A stretch of DNA of 64,000 bases. Source: Gemmatimonadales bacterium. GTDB lineage: Bacteria; Gemmatimonadota; Gemmatimonadetes; Gemmatimonadales; GWC2-71-9. Below are positions 47,572-55,756 of the stretch, piece by piece; position 1 is the first letter of the stretch, and every line of letters starts with the position of its first letter. The position numbers and the translations under genes were made by a program. The DNA lies in NCBI GenBank assembly GCA_037189525.1, contig JBBCJC010000002.1:224001-288000 (forward strand). Reading direction: 5' to 3'. A model generated the notes under the pieces. That model made no database searches. It worked only from the letters and a program-made list of their open reading frames with translations, and had not been told where the DNA came from.

Positions 47572-50500
47572 TCATGGAAGGTAGATGTGAGCTGTGGGGT
47601 CGTCTGGCCGAAGTGTCCGCCCAGTCGTGGGACTGACAGTCTGACCGCTCTTATTCATGTAGATCACACGACGCCGATGATGAGCCGTCTCATCCATGAC
47701 CCTCACTCCTGTAACGCGAGCATCCATGCCCTTTCCTCCCTGCCCACCTAAGAACTGGACTCCCGGCGCCCGAGTAGCATGAGGACCTGTCGCGCCAGTG
47801 GGAACGGGAATTGAGGTCCCTTTTGACGTGACGAGGAAGTCTACTGCCCGTTCACCTCCGCGAGCCACATCTGCAACGTCATCAGCCGCTCCGAGGGCTC
47901 TGCGTAGGACGCCCACTGATGGTACGCCGGGTAGGGCACCTGCAACGTCTAGCGCCGCATCAATTGCCGTACCGACCGACGGGGCCGCGATGAACTTCGC
48001 GACACTGACCACCGCCATCCCGACATCAAGGCAGTTCGAAGGCGGGATGGGACAGAGCCCGAAGGGGTCGCTGAAGTTAACTGGATCGCCAGCAGCGAAG
48101 CCGTAGAGATTCAGCCCACCGGCCAGCCCGATCGGATCTTCCTGGGTAAACCGCCCCGTCCGCGCATCATAGTACCGATTCCGCCGGTAGTCCAATCCCC
48201 CCGCCCCGTCGCGCTTGCCCTCGAGCAGCGACCCGTGCCATGCGTACCGGGTTTGATTCCCATGCTGCTGGTCGTACGCCGTGCGAGACCCAAACCACGA
48301 AATGATATAGCACCGATTCGCCCCCGTCCCCAGCGCGACACAGGGGAGCGCCCCGTTATACGCTGTATCTACGACACCACTCCCGAACGCTCCCAGCGGC
48401 GCCGTCCCCTGAGCATTCCAGAACGGCACGATCGTCTTGGTGCCCGTCCATGTCACCGGGGTAGCGACCGGCGTGTCCGTGTAATTAAAACGGATGACAC
48501 TGAGCGGCGCATCGATGATCGGGCCCGGCGTGTACAACACCTGCCCATAGAATCGATTGGGATCCGGCACTCCCGGCGTATTGCTATGCGTCACGCTGTA
48601 AGGCCCCGAGTCCTGTTCCCACTGCGCACTGGCAGCAGCCGTCCCCGGCGCCTGGATCTCTGCCAACTCCTGCGTCCCATCCCACACGGTCCGCCGGATA
48701 AAATCCGAGTAGCATTCCGGCTGAACCGAGTTCACACACGGACTCTGCATCCAAGTCCAGACGCGGCGCCCTAAGGCATCATACCGATACTCCTCGTTGT
48801 AATGCTCGACCCACGGCGTGAAGCTCGCCGGCGTCACCCAGGTATCGAGCGCCACCAACCGGTTGTCGAGCCCATAGATCGACACCCGCTCGCGGTCAGT
48901 CCCGGAAAAGTAGGACGTTTCGCGATCGTAGTCAGTGTTCCCTGCGGCATCGTACGTGTACACTGAGGCACCCGATTGCGTCCCGGACTTCGTAATGCCC
49001 GTTAACCGCCCTGTGCTGGCCTGGTACGCATAGGCTTTGTTCGCAGTGAAGTAGACGACTGAGGCGCCCGCCTTCGTCGAGTCGAAGCGACTGCTGGTGT
49101 AGAGGTTCCCCATTGGGTCGTGCGCGAGCGTCTCAGCCGACCCGAACTCGGTCGTGCTTCCGAACGGATTGCGCCACGTACTCCGCGTCCCGAGCGTCGC
49201 CACAGCCCCCAGGCCGCCGTACGTCGCCTGCGTTCGGTTGTTATAAAACGCCCCATCGCCCGAGCGCAGCAGTTTGCTCCTGGCGTCGTACCGCATCGTG
49301 TCGATGTTGCGAATCGGGTTGTGCGGCCAGCGACCCCCCGTCGTCCCGCCATCATTGTTGATACGATCCCGAACCAGCCGGCCATCGGCATCCCAGCTCA
49401 TGCGGCGCGTGTAGGACCCGGGGTAGACGATCGTACTGTCTTCGCCGCGGACGGTCTGCTGGAAGGAAAAGACTGCGCCGGAGGCATCCCGGACCTGGAC
49501 GAGATCGCCCGTAACCGCGTGGTAGGCGTACTTGATCGAATCCCCCGCCGCCGTCGCGAAGATCGACGGGGCACGCACGCGGCGCCGCCGCCCATTCCGG
49601 TCGTAGCTGTACTGAATCGTGTAGCTATGCCCGCTGAAGGTCGTGTCCACCCGGGCAATTTGTTGGGTCTCGGTCTCGAGCAGGCCGTGCGGATAGTACG
49701 TCCGCGTCACGCGGGCATACCGATTGTTGGCTGTGGCGAGCTGGCCATCTGGCGCATAGCTATAGGTCTGACTATCCCGCGGGACCACGTACGGATACGG
49801 GAAGCCGGCGGAAGCCCCTCCATGTTTCGCCAGATAGAGCCAGGTCGGCTGCGCGCGGCTCACGGAGGGGATGACGCGGATGACGACCCGGTTGAGCGCA
49901 TCGTATGTCGAGGTGATCACCGGTCCGGAGGGGAACCGGCGTCCGACCTGGACGGTGGGGTTCCCCGCGTGATCGACGACGACACTGTCGATGCCGCCAT
50001 CGGGCGCCTGCTCCGCAATCTGCCGCCCGGCCTGGTCGTAGCGCCACTGCGTAGTGAGCGTATTGATCCCGTTCGGATTTGGCCTCATCCACCGCATGGT
50101 CGACAAACGCTGACTATTGTTGTTGTAGGTATGCCGGACAAAGGTCGACTCCTGCGGTGCGCCCCCGCCGAACGCGGTCACGAGACTCGTGTCGTCCGTG
50201 ATCCGGTCGAGCAGGTCATAGGTCAATCGCTGCTCGACTTTCTGGTTCTGCGCGGTGTCGATCGGTGAGATGGTTTTGATCAGGCGGCCAATCACGTCGT
50301 TGGTATAGGTCGTGACGTATTGCTTCGGGGTCTTGACCGTCTCGGTGTTTCCCCTCGCATCATAGGTATACGTGTAGGTGGCCGTCTGTCCGTTGACCTT
50401 CGGCAGAACGATCGTCAGCAATCGCTTCGACGTCGCATGGTAGGTGAAGTTGACGCGGCGCGAGGTATCCGACGCGGGCGTCCCGGACTGCTGCCAGAGC

Positions 50501-52185
50501 CGCTTCCCATCAGTCGCGTCGAGCTGGAACACCGTCGTATCTTTCTCGGGCCGAATGATCATCGCCAGCTGATCGAACTTCGTGTTCCAGACGTACCGCG
50601 TCGTATCCCGCACGCCCGGGGTACTGGTGACGGAGTCGATGACGTGCGTCGGGTTCCCGACCCCCAAGTCGTACACGAGGTGCTGCACACGGCCCGTCGG
50701 CGTCTGAATCCGCACCGGTGACCATCCGCAGGTCTGGGGCCACGGCGGCACACACATCTTATGTTGCACGCGCGTCGTATTCCCGTACGCATCGGTCAGC
50801 TTCCGGGCTGGGCCAAAGCGCGACTGCATGATGACCGTCGTATCGCCCACGTCGGTACGGGGTCCGTTGATGAACGTCGTCACGTCGCTGGTATCGACCG
50901 CCGTCGGAGCGCGCCCGCGACTTTCGGAGGCGATCAGACTCACGACGATATCGTTGGTGGGATTGCTCATCTTGATACGAGAGGAGATCAGCCGCTTCCC
51001 AGTGTCATACCCAAAGGTGTCCACGACTGCCATTCGATCGGTGCGCTTCGCCATGAGATTCGAGTCGGCCGCACCAGTCCGATATGCAAAATTGACGGCG
51101 GCCGCCCCGGGGTTGGTGATTGCGGTGACCAAGCCACCAGGATTCGTCACGGTCGTGACCCGCGACGTGCCACCTATCGGCGGGGCAATGACCGACGTGA
51201 GCCGATTCGACGGGTGAAGAAACGTGTACTGCTGCCCAGCCGGTGGGAGCGTAATGATGAGCGAACCGGCGCTGTGCGTGAAGGTCGTGGTATGGCCGAA
51301 CCGATTGACCGTTTCCACATGCTGTCCATTGGCATCGAACTGAATCCGGACGCCTTCCGCGCCGACACGGGTCCATGGCTTCAATGGTGTCCCGGGATTG
51401 TAGATGAGGGTGTCGACGCGAGCGTACGCCGAAGTAGTCCACCGATTGGTCGCGTTGGGCAAGAACTGCCGAGCGCTGCCATCCCCATCGACCCAAACGA
51501 TAACCTGGTGTGCCGGGTTCGGCGCCAGCAGTTGCTCGAGGCCGGCCAGCCACCATCCGGCTCCGAACCGACTGTTCTTCCGGTTGACGATCGGCATAAT
51601 TCCCGTGACCGGAGGCCCGGCGATCGGGACGCCCCCATAGATATTGGCGACCTCGTACTTGTAGTTGTAGAACCCGGTAGTGTCGTTGAAGGCGTTATAG
51701 ACGAACGCCAGTCGCCGTATTGAACCGGGGGTCCACTGATTCCCCGGCCACCGCTGCGTTTGTGCCGGCTGGTCGACCCCATTGATGACGAGCCAGAACC
51801 TGACCTGGACACTGTCGGGAATCGTCGTCGTGATCGATTGCAACACCCGGATCGCGATGATCGGATAGGGATGGGCAAACTCGCTGTTGTATAAGAGCGT
51901 CGGCGTGCGCTGCGTATCAAAGGTCCGCGTGCTGGGCAGCTGATGCACGATCCGGAGGTTCCCGCATTCGGCTGCCGCCGATGGCCCGACCGCGATTGTC
52001 AGACAGGCGCTACGTTCGACCGGATAGCCCGAGTTGTCGATATCCACCCCGGCCGCAGGTGCTTGCTGCGTGGCCATGATACGGTTGATGGTACGCGCGA
52101 GCCACGACGGCGTATCGCGCGAGAGGGTGCTGATCGGCAGGATGGCCACGGCCATCATCGCGGGCAGAAAGGCACGAACACGCAT
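47572..52185 (-). CDS. RHS/YD-repeat polymorphic toxin with N-terminal signal peptide
   Basis: Many YD repeats (YDARGN, YDLLDR, YDQAGR, YDALNR, YDALGRR). Core end RNRYYDARTGRFTQEDPIGLAGGLNLYGF..DPVNFSDPFGL. C-terminal extension of ~160 aa. N-terminus MRVRAFLPAMMAVAILPI. Confidence 0.93.
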   Translation of the reverse strand: MRVRAFLPAMMAVAILPISTLSRDTPSWLARTINRIMATQQAPAAGVDIDNSGYPVERSACLTIAVGPSAAAECGNLRIVHQLPSTRTFDTQRTPTLLYNSEFAHPYPIIAIRVLQSITTTIPDSVQVRFWLVINGVDQPAQTQRWPGNQWTPGSIRRLAFVYNAFNDTTGFYNYKYEVANIYGGVPIAGPPVTGIMPIVNRKNSRFGAGWWLAGLEQLLAPNPAHQVIVWVDGDGSARQFLPNATNRWTTSAYARVDTLIYNPGTPLKPWTRVGAEGVRIQFDANGQHVETVNRFGHTTTFTHSAGSLIITLPPAGQQYTFLHPSNRLTSVIAPPIGGTSRVTTVTNPGGLVTAITNPGAAAVNFAYRTGAADSNLMAKRTDRMAVVDTFGYDTGKRLISSRIKMSNPTNDIVVSLIASESRGRAPTAVDTSDVTTFINGPRTDVGDTTVIMQSRFGPARKLTDAYGNTTRVQHKMCVPPWPQTCGWSPVRIQTPTGRVQHLVYDLGVGNPTHVIDSVTSTPGVRDTTRYVWNTKFDQLAMIIRPEKDTTVFQLDATDGKRLWQQSGTPASDTSRRVNFTYHATSKRLLTIVLPKVNGQTATYTYTYDARGNTETVKTPKQYVTTYTNDVIGRLIKTISPIDTAQNQKVEQRLTYDLLDRITDDTSLVTAFGGGAPQESTFVRHTYNNNSQRLSTMRWMRPNPNGINTLTTQWRYDQAGRQIAEQAPDGGIDSVVVDHAGNPTVQVGRRFPSGPVITSTYDALNRVVIRVIPSVSRAQPTWLYLAKHGGASAGFPYPYVVPRDSQTYSYAPDGQLATANNRYARVTRTYYPHGLLETETQQIARVDTTFSGHSYTIQYSYDRNGRRRRVRAPSIFATAAGDSIKYAYHAVTGDLVQVRDASGAVFSFQQTVRGEDSTIVYPGSYTRRMSWDADGRLVRDRINNDGGTTGGRWPHNPIRNIDTMRYDARSKLLRSGDGAFYNNRTQATYGGLGAVATLGTRSTWRNPFGSTTEFGSAETLAHDPMGNLYTSSRFDSTKAGASVVYFTANKAYAYQASTGRLTGITKSGTQSGASVYTYDAAGNTDYDRETSYFSGTDRERVSIYGLDNRLVALDTWVTPASFTPWVEHYNEEYRYDALGRRVWTWMQSPCVNSVQPECYSDFIRRTVWDGTQELAEIQAPGTAAASAQWEQDSGPYSVTHSNTPGVPDPNRFYGQVLYTPGPIIDAPLSVIRFNYTDTPVATPVTWTGTKTIVPFWNAQGTAPLGAFGSGVVDTAYNGALPCVALGTGANRCYIISWFGSRTAYDQQHGNQTRYAWHGSLLEGKRDGAGGLDYRRNRYYDARTGRFTQEDPIGLAGGLNLYGFAAGDPVNFSDPFGLCPIPPSNCLDVGMAVVSVAKFIAAPSVGTAIDAALDVAGALPGVPSVGVLRRALGAADDVADVARGGERAVDFLVTSKGTSIPVPTGATGPHATRAPGVQFLGGQGGKGMDARVTGVRVMDETAHHRRRVIYMNKSGQTVSPTTGRTLRPDDPTAHIYLP

Positions 52186-52569
52186 GCGCGCTCCAAGAAA
52201 CGGGTCGATCCCGTGCAGAGCATGCGCTGCGCCATGATCCCGGTCACCGTAACAGCTGCAATGATATGGATTTAGAAATTATCCTCGATCCTACCCGCAA
52301 CCGGGATCGAACCACGCCCGAACGCTGCCGAACGCCCAAGGACGCGCCGGGCAGGAATTCACATCAATCGCTTGATTAGTATTAGGAGCCGAAAGAGGAT
52401 GCTGGCGTCGAGAAGGGCAGGCGAGAAATTCTGCCGGGCACAAGGCACGGCTTTCCTGTTCAATCCTGGTTAATCCAAGGTTCTTCCGAAGGACCCGCGC
52501 GCCGAAATATGTCGCCCTGCTTTCCAGAAGAAACCGATCTTGTCATTCCCACCTTGCGGCAAGATCGGA

Positions 52570-52590
52570 GGCACACGTGGCCCGTGTGCC
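52570..52590. terminator. Hairpin downstream of the S8 peptidase
   Basis: GGCACACG-TGGCC-CGTGTGCC, 18 nt beyond the stop at 52608. Confidence 0.35.
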
Positions 52591-52607
52591 CCCGTTGAAC
52601 CCCGCTA

Positions 52608-54320
52608 TCAACAGATCGGAAACCCACCAATGAGCATCATATCAGTCGCCGTCCTGCCCACGGACGTTACGGTGACCCTCAAGCGGAACTGATCCGTGGG
52701 GGAAGCCATTTCCTGATAAACATTTGAGTTGGAGCCTACAGGCTGCCAAACATTACTACAATCCAGTCGCTCCCACGCATAGGAGTTGTTAAATCCGTTC
52801 GTCGACATCGCAGTCCAGGTATCGAGCCCACCCGTTGGAGTACTGGGCCCAACGATCCAAGTGGCGAGTTTACCGTAGACGGCCTGCGGTGCATCGACCC
52901 GACCATAACCATAGTACGCATCATGGCCGGCCGCACCCCTGTCGATGGCATTCGAGGTCAACCGAGACCGTACCTGAGCCGCCGTCAGCGTCGGATGCTT
53001 CGTCCAAACTAGCGCCGCAACACCGGCGACAACAGGTGCCGACAGGGATGTTCCACACGAGCTCCCATGGGATCCATTGTCCACCATGTTGGTTGCCCAG
53101 AATGGGGCGGCCAGTTCAGCCTCATTACCATAAGTCGAATAAGTCGAACCGTAGGGGCATTTTCCGGAAAATGCAAAACTGTCGCTTGGGGTCGTTCCAG
53201 TCACCGCAATGACTTGGGCGTGTCGGGCGGGATACGTAATTGTATTCGCCGTGTTATTGCCGGCACCTGCGACGAGAAGGTGCCCAGCGTTAGACGCCCC
53301 AATCACGGCTTGATGCCTCCACCAATCGTTGACAGGGTCGCCGAAACTCATATTGATGATCTCGCGTGATCCGCCGTTGTTCTCAAGCCAGTTGAGCGCT
53401 GCGATTTGGGAGCCAACGGGACAATTAGATTTTGAGATCCCATAATCGAAATAACAGATACGAATGGAACGAAAGTGCTTTGGCTTCGGGCTAATGCCAA
53501 CATACCCGAAGCTGTTCATTCGGGCGGAAGCAACCCCGGCAACACGACTGCCATGCACCAGATCCCACGGCTGATAGCAGCGTTCGACAAGTCCGGCGAT
53601 GTATATGTACGAACACGCAGATGATGCGTGTCCAGGTCCATCATAGGACCATACGTCGTAGTGCACCGAATCGATCCCGCTATCAATCACGGTCACAATG
53701 GCACTGTCCCCATAGTTGCCCTCGGCTGCCCAAACATGATGCGCTCCGACCTTCTGAAGGCCCCAATCCTGGGCCTCGGAGAACATTACCGCGGCCGCTC
53801 CAGCGCCAGCACTCGAAAGCTCGCTGCTCCCGGCAGCTCCGATCTCGTCAACGATGTCGAGCTTTCGAAGGACCGGAGCCATCTGAGGATCGATGGTTGC
53901 TTGAAAGAAAGGAAGGCTTCGATAGGTCCGTACAACCTGAACGCCAAGGCGCTCGAGCTCTGCTCGCCCCTCCTGATAGGTTGTCTTCGTGATAGCCGGC
54001 GTATAGCCCATCTCCCGCGTTCGGCGATCACCTGGCGCTTTGAGAGCAATAAAAGCGCTACCCCGAGTGACCGCGATCGCCGCAACGAGTTCCTCGTCCG
54101 ACAGCTCAGGCGGGAGGCCTTCCGTGACAGGGATACTGCGGATGTAGTCCAATGGTTCGGGAAACGTCGGAATGGCGCCTGGCGGGTCGACGTGTGTCAC
54201 ACGACCCTCGATCCGTGGTTGTGCACCAGGTCCCTGTGGTTCTGCCAGATCATCGACTGTGCAGCTCGCCGCCAATAGTGCCAGCCCAGCCAGGATCAGT
54301 CGTCCCTGTTGCCGTCGCAT
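52608..54320 (-). CDS. Subtilisin-like S8 serine peptidase, lipoprotein
   Basis: Lipobox LALLAAS-C. Triad VIDSG / HGSRVAG / GTSLSAP. Oxyanion GAGN. YYGYGRVDA. Confidence 0.92.
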   Translation of the reverse strand: MRRQQGRLILAGLALLAASCTVDDLAEPQGPGAQPRIEGRVTHVDPPGAIPTFPEPLDYIRSIPVTEGLPPELSDEELVAAIAVTRGSAFIALKAPGDRRTREMGYTPAITKTTYQEGRAELERLGVQVVRTYRSLPFFQATIDPQMAPVLRKLDIVDEIGAAGSSELSSAGAGAAAVMFSEAQDWGLQKVGAHHVWAAEGNYGDSAIVTVIDSGIDSVHYDVWSYDGPGHASSACSYIYIAGLVERCYQPWDLVHGSRVAGVASARMNSFGYVGISPKPKHFRSIRICYFDYGISKSNCPVGSQIAALNWLENNGGSREIINMSFGDPVNDWWRHQAVIGASNAGHLLVAGAGNNTANTITYPARHAQVIAVTGTTPSDSFAFSGKCPYGSTYSTYGNEAELAAPFWATNMVDNGSHGSSCGTSLSAPVVAGVAALVWTKHPTLTAAQVRSRLTSNAIDRGAAGHDAYYGYGRVDAPQAVYGKLATWIVGPSTPTGGLDTWTAMSTNGFNNSYAWERLDCSNVWQPVGSNSNVYQEMASPTDQFRLRVTVTSVGRTATDMMLIGGFPIC

Positions 54321-54408
54321 AGCTCCTCCTCACGCAGACTGTGGATAGGTCGTATGAAGCGGAGCGCGACCTCGGCACGTCCGCTGGTGAGCAGCATGAC
54401 CGAGCGCC

Positions 54409-54849
54409 CTATTTCCGGAGTGCCTTGGTTCGGACACCATCACGGATACCGGTAGCGCCCATTCCTGCAAGGTCCGCAGATGCGCACGACCCCGATGTCG
54501 GCTGGGTCATCGTATACATCCATATTCTCGAGACGCCATTGTCTGTCATCATCGGATCAGGAAATGGACCGCAGTCGACCTCCGTCCCGCGGCTCATCGT
54601 GGTCAAGCGCACATCGGTGAAGTACGGCACGACCGTCGTAGCACTCGACCGAAGGACGGCTTGAACGGATGCGGTGGACTGATCCACCACGATCATCCAT
54701 TCGATGACATCGGCAGGCGGACCAGACGTAGACTGCAGGATGGGAGTATGGGATGGCATGGGGAGTTGCGATCGAGGAGTGCCCTGAAGAAGGAAGAGCT
54801 GCCCGATGCCCAACGCGCCCATTGCCGCAACGATGAGGGGTGTACGCAT
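54409..54849 (-). CDS. Small exported hypothetical protein
   Basis: ATG 54849 gives MRTPLIVAAMGALGIGQLFLL (signal-like). Two Cys. Upstream of the S8 gene. Confidence 0.55.
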   Translation of the reverse strand: MRTPLIVAAMGALGIGQLFLLQGTPRSQLPMPSHTPILQSTSGPPADVIEWMIVVDQSTASVQAVLRSSATTVVPYFTDVRLTTMSRGTEVDCGPFPDPMMTDNGVSRIWMYTMTQPTSGSCASADLAGMGATGIRDGVRTKALRK

Positions 54850-55171
54850 TTTCCTATAGCCTCGCCGGAAGGGGTTGGCTTCGTACTCTCTCAAGTTATG
54901 AGCCAGCCTCCTGTCATACGGTTACATGTTGTGAGAACGCGACTTACGGAGGTTACATACAACGCCTCGCGAACGCCGCCGGACGCGCCCTGACCTGGCG
55001 CGGTCAATCGCGAACGGACGATCCGTACGATCTCGCCGCTGTGCAAGCGGCGGAGAAAGACGTCGACAAGTCATGAGCAAGTTGACGAGAACCGGGAGCG
55101 GACCTGATGCTCTAGCCGGTGTCCCGCCGCCCGAACAGGAAGCAGGACGCACGAGTAATTCGTTCAGCCCA

Positions 55172-55756
55172 TCAGGGCCGCCACCATGGCTGGTACGCAG
55201 CGGACGACGACACGACCGTCTCCCCGCTGCCGTCGAGGTTGCTGATGATGATTCTGATCGACCCGCCGTACGGGCGTGGAACGGCAACCCGCATCCCGTC
55301 CAGGGAGAAGGAGGAGAACGGGCTTTCGAAGTCGAGCACAGGCGTCTGATAGGTGCTCAGGATCGTCCCGTCCAGCCGGGTAACCCGGATCGCGCCCGGC
55401 ACCGAGTAAATCACCTCGGTCCCTGTCGGAGACCAGCGAAGAAATCCTGGCACGTCGGACTCGGTCAGACTCCGAATCGAACCGCTATCCGGATCCGCGA
55501 TCCAGACGCGGTCGGTATCGTCGTACGTCAGCCATTTCCCGTCGGGCAACCACGCAGGATTCCGTGAAGACAGGCCCGTTGACACTCGCTGAGCCCCTCG
55601 CAAATCTGCTCGCATCCACCACACCTCAACTCGGCCGTCGCCCAGGTTCGTGAGGAACGTGAGGCGGTGCCCATCCGGCGACCATTTCGGCACCAGCTCG
55701 TTCCCGAGCGGGGCGTTGGCCCATTGCAGGTCCGATCCATCGATAACGCACTCAGA
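55172..55756 (-). pseudogene. N-terminally truncated TolB/PD40-repeat protein
   Basis: PKWSPDG, PAWLPDG, RWSPTG, FSLDG, QPWWRP repeats. The frame stays open up to the stop of the upstream gene, with no signal peptide or convincing start. Confidence 0.6.

Noticed and set aside
54892..54910. Possible sigma54 promoter on the minus strand (CTGGCTCATAACTTGA) upstream of the small exported protein
   Set aside because: The -12 element reads GA rather than the near-invariant GC. Too weak to call.
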